From positions 2,039 to 66,038 of the forward strand of contig JBAXRQ010000001.1 in assembly GCA_037131105.1 (NCBI GenBank): DNA of 64,000 nucleotides, in the 5' to 3' direction. This document shows positions 1 through 8,330 of this stretch, piece by piece. Each line of letters starts with the position of its first letter. Position 1 is the stretch's first letter. The DNA is from a bacterium (lineage in GTDB: Bacteria; Patescibacteriota; UBA1384; CAILIB01). The notes beneath the pieces are model-generated. The model searched no databases and was not told the origin of the DNA. It worked only from the letters and a program-made list of their open reading frames with translations. The position numbers and the translations under genes are program-made.

Positions 1-1160
1 ATCGAGATGATCTTGAAGCTGAAGGGCTCGCCGAGGTGCAGGATGGTGCCTGGGTCGGTGATCCGCTCATTGCTGATCTCCGAGATATGCACCAGTCCAT
101 CGATGTCAGAGTCAAGCCGTACGAATACTCCGAACGGGGTAACGCGGGTGACTGCACCCTTTACGATGTCCCCGACCTTGTACTTGCTGGCTGCCTCCTG
201 CCACGGATCCTTGAGTAGGCGCTTGATCGAAAGTGAAACACGATTGTCGGCGGTAGACACTACCAGTACCTTCACCTTGTCGCCAATGGCGTACAGGGAG
301 TTGATATCGGTAACGCGTCCCCAGGCGATCTCGGAAATGTGCACCAGACCCTCGAGAGCGTCGCCTTCATCGCCAAGCTTGACGAAGATACCGAAGTCTA
401 CGATGCCGGTGATGACACCTTCCATGGTGTCGCCTTCCTTGATGTGCTTGAGCTTAGCCTCCTGAATGGTGTCGCCGGCTGCCTTCTCTGAGAAGATCAG
501 CTTGCCCTGGGACATGTCGAAGTTCAGTACCTTAACCGTCAGGGTCTGGCTGACCAGTTCCTTCAGGCGGGCATAGATCTCGTCAACGTTTCCACCATCA
601 ACCCGAGGATAGTGCTCGGATGCCAGCTGCGATACTGGAAGGAATCCAGTAAAGTCGCCTAGTTCGATCAGGAGACCGCCCTTGTTGGCGTCGCTCACCT
701 TGACCTGCATGGGCTCGCCGTCCTTCACACGCTGCTGCAGCTCGTTGGAGATGCGCTCACGATCGGCACGACGCAGTGACAGGACAATATTGCCCCGTTC
801 ATCCTCGATTACCAGTACCGACGCCATTACGGTGTCGCCTGGCTTCAGTTCGCTGGAAAGTACGGAAAGCTCACGCTCGGGGATGACTCCCACGGCGATG
901 CCGGCAATATCAATCCAGATTCGGGTAGCTGAGGAGGAAATAACAGTTCCCTCGACTACTGCGCCCGGTACGAACGGTACGACCTTTCCTCCAAGTTCGC
1001 GAAGCATCGTTTCCATGGTATCGACTCCATCGAAAGCAGGCTTTGCGACCTCTGTCTTTTCACTCTTTTTCTCCTCGGTCTCCTCGGTCTTCACAATGGT
1101 CTCTTCACTCTTCACTTCTTCTACGAACTCCACATCTGTCTGTTTGGGCTTTGTGGCCAT
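1..1160 (-). CDS. rpsA: 30S ribosomal protein S1 (3' end runs off the window)
   Basis: Manual translation from ATG at 1160 gives tandem S1 domains (GVITGIVDFGIFVKL..EGLVHISEI; VTRVTPFGVFVRL..DGLVHISEI). Absent from the ORF track because there is no stop in the window. Confidence 0.93.
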   Translation of the reverse strand, partial: MATKPKQTDVEFVEEVKSEETIVKTEETEEKKSEKTEVAKPAFDGVDTMETMLRELGGKVVPFVPGAVVEGTVISSSATRIWIDIAGIAVGVIPERELSVLSSELKPGDTVMASVLVIEDERGNIVLSLRRADRERISNELQQRVKDGEPMQVKVSDANKGGLLIELGDFTGFLPVSQLASEHYPRVDGGNVDEIYARLKELVSQTLTVKVLNFDMSQGKLIFSEKAAGDTIQEAKLKHIKEGDTMEGVITGIVDFGIFVKLGDEGDALEGLVHISEIAWGRVTDINSLYAIGDKVKVLVVSTADNRVSLSIKRLLKDPWQEAASKYKVGDIVKGAVTRVTPFGVFVRLDSDIDGLVHISEISNERITDPGTILHLGEPFSFKIIS

Positions 1161-1251
1161 GAGATTATATCTCTTTCTTCTGCGTAAGCGAGTATGCTCG
1201 CCGGCATATTCTGAGTAAGTGCCTAAGCGCTTAGTCCTTTATGCCTGCGAA

Positions 1252-1683
1252 TTACTTTTTAGCCTTGGGAAGATACTTTTGCTTGTACTCTATCACTTTC
1301 TCCTGCTTGATCACCTGGGTCAGGTCGGTCCTCCAGTAACGGATGAGGAAGCCTATCCATACTACCGCAGAGATCTCCTGGATCAATCGTATCGCGTCCA
1401 TGCCAAGGATGGGAAGGTACTGGAACCTGAAGAAGAACAGGAATACTCCGAGGATGGCATTGGTCCAGAAGAAGGTGGCAATCCGTTCTTTCAGCTGGGG
1501 ATGAACCTTCAGGAAGCTAATGGCAATGCCTCCGACCCAGCAGACCGCTACGAACCCTACGTATCCCCACATAAGCTTCCAAGGAAGCCGAGGGGTGATC
1601 TGAAGGATGTCGCTGTTCTTGAACCAGTGAGCCAAGGCTGAGCTGGTAAGGGCAGTACTGAATCGAGTCCACAGGGCATGCAT
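1252..1683 (-). CDS. Hypothetical membrane protein (about 3 TM; C-terminal KYLPK)
   Basis: Likely start MHALW at 1683; hydrophobic segments and basic C-terminus. Confidence 0.7.
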   Translation of the reverse strand: MHALWTRFSTALTSSALAHWFKNSDILQITPRLPWKLMWGYVGFVAVCWVGGIAISFLKVHPQLKERIATFFWTNAILGVFLFFFRFQYLPILGMDAIRLIQEISAVVWIGFLIRYWRTDLTQVIKQEKVIEYKQKYLPKAKK

Positions 1684-1720
1684 GGTGGGATTGCTACTGA
1701 CACAATAGCTTCGTCTCGAT

Positions 1721-1813
1721 TGGTGCCGCGAGAGGGATATGCAGCTGCCGGGGGCAGGTGCATGTACCATCTAGTGACTAGTCCCGAGGGCGGCTACCTT
1801 AACTCTATCAAAC
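1721..1813 (-). repeat. tRNA-Leu(GAG) 3'-associated module (17-bp copy of the tRNA 3' end)
   Basis: tggtgccgcgagaggga occurs at 1721-1737 and 1814-1830; degenerate inverted copy at about 1779-1798. Confidence 0.75.
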
Positions 1814-1899
1814 TGGTGCCGCGAGAGGGACTCGAACCCTCACACCATTGCTGGTCTAGGCCCTCAACCTAGTGCGTATACCGATTCCGCCATCGCGGC
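1814..1899 (-). tRNA. tRNA-Leu(GAG)
   Basis: Cloverleaf with long variable arm, anticodon arm CTAGG-TTGAGGG-CCTAG, GTTCGA, 3' CCA. Confidence 0.95.
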
Positions 1900-1988
1900 C
1901 TGGTCGAGGCGTGGTTTCTTCTGATCTGTCTGACTATATCAAATGATCCGGTTGCTGTCGAGGGTTTATGGCCTGTAGAATGACTGCA

Positions 1989-2423
1989 ATGAATTACCTA
2001 GTGTTTACCCGGATTTCTCGGTTGGCGTGGGTTCTGCCAGTTCTGGTCTGGCTGGCCGCTTTTGGCTATCTGATTGGCCGTAACTCACCGCCGCCAGCTG
2101 CTTCTCCTGCGCCGGTCATTGCTCCCATAGGACTGGCGACTATTCAACCTGGATTTACTGCCAAGTACGATCCCGCTACCTCCCATTGGTCCTGGCAGTA
2201 CGCCCGAGTCATGGATACCGGCTGCCAGCAGCTGATCATGCCCATAGTGAATCCGGTGACCTATGACGAGCCTACTGACATCGTGCATATCGAGCTGAAG
2301 ACCTACAGTACCGACGATACGTGCACCAAGCCTGCGGCGATCGCAGCCTTTACCGGTGGCATCAGCACCGATCCAAATACCACATTCACACTTTCACTGG
2401 ATGGGAAGCAGATAGTTCCCTAG
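1989..2423 (+). CDS. Hypothetical membrane-anchored/secreted protein
   Basis: N-terminal TM, Pro/Ala linker, Cys pair; start uncertain (1968/1980/1989). Confidence 0.65.
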   Translation: MNYLVFTRISRLAWVLPVLVWLAAFGYLIGRNSPPPAASPAPVIAPIGLATIQPGFTAKYDPATSHWSWQYARVMDTGCQQLIMPIVNPVTYDEPTDIVHIELKTYSTDDTCTKPAAIAAFTGGISTDPNTTFTLSLDGKQIVP

Positions 2424-2507
2424 TACGAAAATCAGGAATGCGGACTAGGCTGCTTTGTGGTGGGCGGCTTTGTTAGGGTGTGGCTTGTACCACACTAAGC
2501 CATTCCC

Positions 2508-4001
2508 ATGTCCTGCGCAGTAGTTTCAAGTGCCTGTCTTTCCGGTCCCCGTGTAGTTCCGGTGCGTATCGAGGTGGATATCCAGCCTGGCTTGCCTTTG
2601 TTTACGGTCATCGGCCTGCCGGATAGGCGCATAGGCGAGGCCAAGGAGCGGGTGCGCTCAGCCATCAAGAATAGCGGCTTCACCTTTCCTTTGGGCAAGA
2701 TCACCGTCAATCTCTCCCCGTCCTCAGTGCCTAAGCAGGGAACCGGTCTAGATCTGGCCATAGCGGTGGGAGTGCTGGCTGCCAGCGGGAAATGTCGGGT
2801 ACCTGAAGATGGCTGTTGGGTGCTGGGTGAGCTGGCTTTGGATGGAGTAGTGCGGCCCTGTCAGCCCCTACTGCCTTTGCTTGTAGAGGCGCTTGATCAC
2901 GGTATTCCAGGTGTAATTATCCCGGCGGTAAACAGTGATGAGGTAGCACAGGTGCCCGAGTGCGCTACCTTCACCGCCGCTTCTTTACAAGAACTGGCGG
3001 GCAAGCTGTCTAAGCGATTATTCTGGAAACCCGGGGTATCTCTTCCTGACCTCCTGCCTACTCGGAATGAGTACTTCATTGATCACATCCGGGGTCAGGC
3101 CGAGGCTAAGCGCTGCTTGACTATTGCCCTGGCAGGAGGCCACCACATGCTGATGACCGGCCCTCCCGGTACCGGGAAGACCCTGCTGGCACGCGCAGCC
3201 GGCGAACTGCTCCCCTTTTTGACGAGGCGCCAGTCGCTTGACCATGCCCGTATCAGATCGTTGGTGGATGATCATTCATCTATCCAATTCGAGCCTCCCT
3301 TCCGTAGTCCTCACCATACGATCAGTCGAGCAGGCTTGTTGGGAGGTGGAAGCCAGGGCTTCCCCGGTGAAGTCAGCCTGGCAAATGACGGGATACTCTT
3401 TTTAGATGAGATCAGTGAGATCTCTCGGTCAGTGCTCGAGTCCTTGAGGCAGCCTTTGCAGGATAGACAGGTAGTCATCAATCGCAAAGGAGGCGAGCTA
3501 AAATACCCGGCTGACTGCCTGGTGATCGCAGCACGGAACCCCTGTCCCTGCGGTTTACTAGGAGTTGAGGGTCAAGTTTGCCGCTGCAGCGCTGGGGAGA
3601 TGGAGAGGTATGAGCGGAGGCTTTCTGAGGCTCTGCTGGATCGGTTCGATTTGTTCTGCCCGGTGCCGGCTGAGTCAGGTAGGGAGGTGGCGGCAGATGG
3701 ACGTAGTATGGCGGCAGAAATTGCACGATGCAGAAAGGTCCAGGGGAGACGTTGGGGCCAGAATATGACTAACGGAAAAGCGCTCCTAGAAGAACTGGAG
3801 AAGGTTGTTCGGTTGGATCAACCAAGCGGTAAGATGCTAGACGAGGCGACGGGGCGATTCTACCTTTCTATGCGTGGCCGGCAGAAGGTGTTGGCCGTAG
3901 CTTTGACGGTGGCGGACCTAGACAGAAAACCGCGACCCACTATTGAACATCTTCGAGAAGCACTAAGTTACCGTTACCGATCCTCGAATCAACGGTTCTA
4001 A
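2508..4001 (+). CDS. comM: YifB/ComM Mg-chelatase-like AAA+ ATPase (competence helicase)
   Basis: VIGLPD..EAKERVRSA, DLAIA, GPPGTGKT, FRSPHH, PGEVSLA, FLDE, NPCPCG, LLDRFDL. Confidence 0.92.
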   Translation: MSCAVVSSACLSGPRVVPVRIEVDIQPGLPLFTVIGLPDRRIGEAKERVRSAIKNSGFTFPLGKITVNLSPSSVPKQGTGLDLAIAVGVLAASGKCRVPEDGCWVLGELALDGVVRPCQPLLPLLVEALDHGIPGVIIPAVNSDEVAQVPECATFTAASLQELAGKLSKRLFWKPGVSLPDLLPTRNEYFIDHIRGQAEAKRCLTIALAGGHHMLMTGPPGTGKTLLARAAGELLPFLTRRQSLDHARIRSLVDDHSSIQFEPPFRSPHHTISRAGLLGGGSQGFPGEVSLANDGILFLDEISEISRSVLESLRQPLQDRQVVINRKGGELKYPADCLVIAARNPCPCGLLGVEGQVCRCSAGEMERYERRLSEALLDRFDLFCPVPAESGREVAADGRSMAAEIARCRKVQGRRWGQNMTNGKALLEELEKVVRLDQPSGKMLDEATGRFYLSMRGRQKVLAVALTVADLDRKPRPTIEHLREALSYRYRSSNQRF

Positions 4002-4055
4002 TCTGTACTTTGGTGATCTGACCAGCTATATTGGGAGGGAATCGGAAAGCAATAC

Positions 4056-4137
4056 TGGTCTGTACTCGTAGCTTCGCTACTCGTGCTGACCTCGTCGAAA
4101 GTCTAATCCCATGCAAGCATGGATTATCCTTTCTCCT
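4056..4137 (+). repeat. tRNA-Ile 5'-associated structured insert with 8-bp duplication of the tRNA 5' end
   Basis: ggtctgta at 4057-4064 and 4139-4146; hairpins gtagc-ttc-gctac and taatcccatgc-aa-gcatggatta. Confidence 0.55.
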
Positions 4138-4214
4138 CGGTCTGTAGCTCAGTTGGTTAGAGCAACGCTCTTATAAGGCGTGGGTCCTGGGTTCAAGTCC
4201 CAGCAGACCGACCA
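4138..4214 (+). tRNA. tRNA-Ile(UAU)
   Basis: Acceptor CGGTCTG/CAGACCG, anticodon arm ACGCT-CTTATAA-GGCGT, T-loop TTCAAGT, discriminator A plus CCA. Confidence 0.9.
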
Positions 4215-4431
4215 AAGTAAAAAGGCAGCAATATGCTGCCTTTTTACTTTGCCTGTATCAGGTTGGGACTTGAACGGGAGAGGGGTCGGGAGAACGGAAG
4301 TTCTCCCGTGGAGGAAGGTAGCCTTCGAAGAAGGCGTTAAGGAAACCGTGGGTTTCCTAGTGCGGAGCACGTGAAAGTCCCAGCAGACCGACCAGAACAA
4401 AAGAACATCCAAACGGATGTTCTTTTGTTCT
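4215..4431 (+). repeat. tRNA-Ile 3'-associated module (terminator, inverted T-arm, hairpins, 20-bp 3'-end copy, terminator)
   Basis: Inverted copy tgggacttgaac 4264-4275; direct copy aagtcccagcagaccgacca 4375-4394; terminators 4214-4250 and 4394-4431. Confidence 0.85.
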
Positions 4432-4440
4432 GTAATAGGA

Positions 4441-4469
4441 TTGACTTTTTTATCGTTGCGTGGTAGTAT
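4441..4469 (+). promoter_or_regulatory. Sigma70-type promoter for the M48 peptidase gene
   Basis: TTGACT-17 bp-TAGTAT with TG extension. Confidence 0.6.
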
Positions 4470-4519
4470 CCGGCGGTTCAATTACGAACTGAGGTTTAGA
4501 GTTTACAGAGGGGAATCAA

Positions 4520-5338
4520 ATGAAAAAGTTACTAAGACGTTTGGAAGAGTCACTGAGACGTTCCAAGTTCTACAGGGAAAATGCACAGATGGTTCAGGCG
4601 GGAATGCTGATCGGGTTGGCTATCTATGTTGCGTTCTTTGCCTGTCATGAGTATTATCGGCAGCCTCAGCTTCCGACCCTCGTCAGCTTATGGGCAGTCG
4701 GCCTGGCGACCATCTATTCAATCCCTATTGTGATGAGGCTCAGAAGGTTTTCATCCTCCTACGAGGGTGAGTACCGCCCGGCACTAGAGGTACTAAGTAG
4801 CGAGTCTGGAATCTCGAAATGCCGCATTCTGGTGGCGCAGAACGACATGATGGGAGCGGCTGCCTGCGGTTTTTGGGGGCAGGCCACGGTAATCCTTACG
4901 AGCAGTCTGTGCCAGCTCCCCTATGAGCAGCTTGAAGCGGTTTTTGCTCATGAGCTGGGCCACCTTGCTCATCGGGATGCCTTAGTGAAGTCGGCAATTG
5001 GACTTACCCTGTTGGACCTCATGTGCTGGCTAAGCGTTTCGCTTACCAACTACCTGCAGGGCAACGAGGCAACCCTTTTCGTCATATCCAGCTGTATGGC
5101 GGTAGCGACGCTCGTTCCCGTTCTTGCGTACAACCGAGCCATCGAGCGCAGAACTGACAGATTTGCAGCATGTCTTACAGGGAAGCCTGAAAATCTGGCA
5201 AAAGCCCTTTCCAGTATGTTGGAAAACAACTATCTGCTCCCTGGCATAGTTGTTAGGGAGAAAGAGCCGTTCTGGGTACGTATGTTCAATACTCACCCTG
5301 CTATTCATGAGAGGATACGGATGTATGGCCAAGCCTAA
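4520..5338 (+). CDS. M48 family (HtpX-like) membrane zinc metalloprotease
   Basis: TM segments, AHELGH (HExxH), E..D third-ligand motif, C-terminal THP..ERI. Confidence 0.88.
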   Translation: MKKLLRRLEESLRRSKFYRENAQMVQAGMLIGLAIYVAFFACHEYYRQPQLPTLVSLWAVGLATIYSIPIVMRLRRFSSSYEGEYRPALEVLSSESGISKCRILVAQNDMMGAAACGFWGQATVILTSSLCQLPYEQLEAVFAHELGHLAHRDALVKSAIGLTLLDLMCWLSVSLTNYLQGNEATLFVISSCMAVATLVPVLAYNRAIERRTDRFAACLTGKPENLAKALSSMLENNYLLPGIVVREKEPFWVRMFNTHPAIHERIRMYGQA

Positions 5339-5366
5339 GTGGCCGATCCTCAAAGTACATCAAAGG

Positions 5367-5400
5367 AAAAGCCCCGTCTCTGAAAGGAGTCGGGGCTTTT
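5367..5400. terminator. Bidirectional rho-independent terminator
   Basis: aaaagccccg...cggggctttt between convergent genes. Confidence 0.75.
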
Positions 5401-5425
5401 ACTTTGCCTAGGCGACTACTCGCCT

Positions 5426-7540
5426 TTAGATAGCGTCCTTCATGCTCAGGGAGATACGTCCCTTTTCAGCATCGACTGCCTTCACCTTCACCTTTACGCT
5501 GTCCCCGATCTTCAGAATGTCGGAAACCAGGTTGATGCGGTCCTTGGAGACTTCGGAGATGTGTACCATTCCCTCCTTGTTAGGCAGAAACTGGACGATG
5601 GCGCCGATCTCCTTCTTAGGATCAATGCGGTCCTTGATGATCTGGATCACCTCGCCGTCGAACACCTCGCCTACCTCGATGGCGCGGCCGATGGCCTTGA
5701 CCTGCTCGATAGCCCACTTGGCCATCTCAGGATCAGAGGAGGCAATCATGACGGTACCGTCATCCTCGATGTCGATGGTGGTGATCTCCTTGCCGCCAGC
5801 CTCGCTGATGATACGGTTGATGTTCTTGCCGCCAGGCCCGATCAGCTCACCGATCTTGGCTGGGTCGATCTCGATTGCGGTGATACGCGGTGCATACTTG
5901 GACATCTCTTCGCGTGGCTCGGAGATGGTCTCCATCATCTTCTCAAGGATGAACATGCGGCCCTCAAAGGCCTGACTAAGCGTCTGCTCAATGATCGGCC
6001 AGGTTAGGCCCTCGATCTTGGTATCCATTTGGATAGCCGTGATACCGTCCTGGGTACCGGCGATCTTGAAGTCCATGTCACCGGCGAAGTCCTCAAGTCC
6101 CTGCAGGTCGGTCAGGACCTTGAACTTGGAGGCATCGTCATTGGTGACCAGGCCCATGGCGATACCAGAGACCGGAGCCGAAATAGGTACGCCGGCGTCC
6201 ATCAATGCCAGAGTAGAGCCACAGGTGGAGGCCATGGAAGACGAACCGTTGGAAGACAGGATCTCAGATACCAGGCGGATCGTGTAGGGGAAGTCACTCT
6301 GATCTGGGATCACCGGAGCCAAAGCCCGCTCAGCCAAGGCGCCGTGACCAGTCTCGCGACGGGAGGTTCCGCGTACGGGAGAAGCCTCACCGGTGGAATA
6401 CGGAGGGAAGTTGTAATGGTGCATGAAGCGCTTGGTACCCTCAAAGTCCATGGTGTCGATCATCTGCTCAGCACCAGGTGAGCCCAGGGTGGCGATAGTC
6501 AATGCCTGGGTCTGGCCGCGGGTGAACAGGGCTGAACCGTGGGTACGGGGCAGTAGGCTGACCTCTACGGTGATAGGGCGAACCTCAAGGATGCCGCGTC
6601 CGTCTGGGCGTTCCTCACGCTCCAGGATGGCTACGCGCACTTCCTTCTCCATCAGCTTGTTGACGGCCATGCGGATGTCTACCTGCTTGAAGGTGCCCTC
6701 CAGGTGGGCGCAGACCTTTACGGTGAGGTCGTCCAACAGGGTGGCCCGGACCTCAAGGTCCATGTTCTTCATGGCGGCAGTGATCTCATCGCCGCAGAAG
6801 CCCTTCACGGCCTCGTCGACAGTAGGTCCCTCCTTGCTCACAGTGTACTCAGGAGCGACATAGGCCTTGGCGAAGTCGTTCTGTACCTCAATGACCTGCT
6901 GCATGCCTTCGTGGGCCATTCTGAGGGCTTCTAGCATAATTTTCTCTGGTACCTGGTTGGCGCCAGCCTCAACCATCATGACCCGGTCCTTGGTTCCGGC
7001 GACCACAAGGTCAAGCTCGGACTCCTGCATTTCGATGCGGGTAGGGTTGACTACCAGCTTGCCGTCGATCAGACCGACCCGGCAGGCGCCTACGGCCTGT
7101 TTGAACGGGGCGGTACCGGCCTTCATCAGGGCGCAGGAGGCGGCGATGATGGCCAGGATGTCAGGGTCGTTCTCCTTGTCTATGGAAAGAACGGTGACGA
7201 TAACCTGGACGTCCTTCCTGAACTTCTTGTCGAACAGGGGACGAAGAGGGCGGTCGATCAGGCGAGAAGTAAGGATGGCGGCCTCGGAAGGACGTCCCTC
7301 ACGCTTAATGAACCGGGAACCGGAGATCTTACCGGCTGCGTACAGGCGCTCCTCGTAGTCCACCATCAGGGGGAAATAGTCTATCCCCTCGCGCTCGGAC
7401 TTGGATACTACCACGGTGGCCAGCAGCACGGTCTCACCGGCGGTGAGAGTGATGGCTGCGTCGGCCTGCTCTGCCATGCGACCAAACTCGATGGTCAGCT
7501 GGCGGTCACCAAGGGTGGTGACAAATTGCTCTACGGGCAT
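5426..7540 (-). CDS. pnp: Polyribonucleotide nucleotidyltransferase (PNPase)
   Basis: FPLMVDYEE, SRLIDRPLRP, HGSALFTRGQTQ, SNGSSSMAS, GDMDFK, KH and S1 domains; likely start MPVEQ. Confidence 0.97.
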   Translation of the reverse strand: MPVEQFVTTLGDRQLTIEFGRMAEQADAAITLTAGETVLLATVVVSKSEREGIDYFPLMVDYEERLYAAGKISGSRFIKREGRPSEAAILTSRLIDRPLRPLFDKKFRKDVQVIVTVLSIDKENDPDILAIIAASCALMKAGTAPFKQAVGACRVGLIDGKLVVNPTRIEMQESELDLVVAGTKDRVMMVEAGANQVPEKIMLEALRMAHEGMQQVIEVQNDFAKAYVAPEYTVSKEGPTVDEAVKGFCGDEITAAMKNMDLEVRATLLDDLTVKVCAHLEGTFKQVDIRMAVNKLMEKEVRVAILEREERPDGRGILEVRPITVEVSLLPRTHGSALFTRGQTQALTIATLGSPGAEQMIDTMDFEGTKRFMHHYNFPPYSTGEASPVRGTSRRETGHGALAERALAPVIPDQSDFPYTIRLVSEILSSNGSSSMASTCGSTLALMDAGVPISAPVSGIAMGLVTNDDASKFKVLTDLQGLEDFAGDMDFKIAGTQDGITAIQMDTKIEGLTWPIIEQTLSQAFEGRMFILEKMMETISEPREEMSKYAPRITAIEIDPAKIGELIGPGGKNINRIISEAGGKEITTIDIEDDGTVMIASSDPEMAKWAIEQVKAIGRAIEVGEVFDGEVIQIIKDRIDPKKEIGAIVQFLPNKEGMVHISEVSKDRINLVSDILKIGDSVKVKVKAVDAEKGRISLSMKDAI

Positions 7541-7733
7541 TGATGCCTTTCTTTCCCGCCGCGTAACGATTTCAGAATACCCGGGGGCATTCCGCAATCT
7601 CTTACGTGGCAGGAACGATTAAATGTATGTCTAGTTTGATCTTATCAGAAAGGTTGCAGGGAGGCCACAGGTGCTTGACTGATGGCTAGCGCAGTGGTTT
7701 AATGCGGTCAGATCTTTTCAGGAGAGGAATGTT

Positions 7734-7964
7734 ATGGGAACGTTGGTACTGATAATTTTGGTGCTTGCCGCTTTGGTTTCGCCTACTGTTCTGGCAGCCT
7801 TTATAGATAATGCAGCCAGTCCACGGCAGCGTAGTGGAAGGGCCGGATTCTCACTAGTAGTCTGGCCGCTCATTCTCGTGCTGAGCATAATGCAAGCGGA
7901 CAAGCTTGATCGGGATACGATTGCCGCACAGGATCGTGAGGGTATTGTAGTCACTGGTTTCTAA
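7734..7964 (+). CDS. Small 2-TM hypothetical protein between rpsO and pnp
   Basis: Two hydrophobic segments, GGAGAGG SD, TTGACT upstream. Confidence 0.55.
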   Translation: MGTLVLIILVLAALVSPTVLAAFIDNAASPRQRSGRAGFSLVVWPLILVLSIMQADKLDRDTIAAQDREGIVVTGF

Positions 7965-7982
7965 TGTGTGACTGTCTAACAA

Positions 7983-8013
7983 AAGCGCCGGATCCCAATG
8001 GGATCCGGCGCTT
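7983..8013. terminator. Terminator hairpin downstream of rpsO
   Basis: aagcgccggatccca-a-tgggatccggcgctt. Confidence 0.75.
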
Positions 8014-8033
8014 CGTGCGTTTCACAGGAGAAC

Positions 8034-8288
8034 CTACTTGCGCAGACCGAGCTCCTTGATGAACTCACCGTAGATGTCCGGCTCAGTGGAGGACAGGTAG
8101 TTCAGGAGGCGGCGACGGCGTCCGACCATCTTCAGAAGACCAGAACGGGAGTCGTGGTCCTTCTTGTGGGTCTTCAGGTGATCTGCCAGTTCCTCGATGC
8201 GCTCAGTAATCAAAGCAACCTGGACCTTGGTGGATCCGGTGTCGCTTGGGTTGGACTGATACTTCTTGACAATGCTTTTGACGGCCAT
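8034..8288 (-). CDS. rpsO: 30S ribosomal protein S15
   Basis: [42 protein letters not shown]. Confidence 0.97.
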   Translation of the reverse strand: MAVKSIVKKYQSNPSDTGSTKVQVALITERIEELADHLKTHKKDHDSRSGLLKMVGRRRRLLNYLSSTEPDIYGEFIKELGLRK

Positions 8289-8330
8289 GAGATCTATTAA
8301 CGTTAGAAAGTCTGTTTGACTATACAGGAT

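Noticed and set aside
7-1218. + strand ORFs over rpsA, and similar long antisense ORFs over pnp, DHH, Clp, ftsK, vWA and GGDEF genes
   Set aside because: These are shadow frames of well-supported genes on the opposite strand and have no motifs of their own.
4375-4394. tRNA 3'-end duplications read as attL/attR of a prophage or genomic island
   Set aside because: The copies are only 90-180 bp from their tRNAs, and there is no integrase, phage gene or cargo in the window.
4251-4394. 3' modules read as extra tRNA genes or intron-containing tRNAs
   Set aside because: No D-arm or anticodon arm is recognisable, and the upstream tRNAs are already complete.
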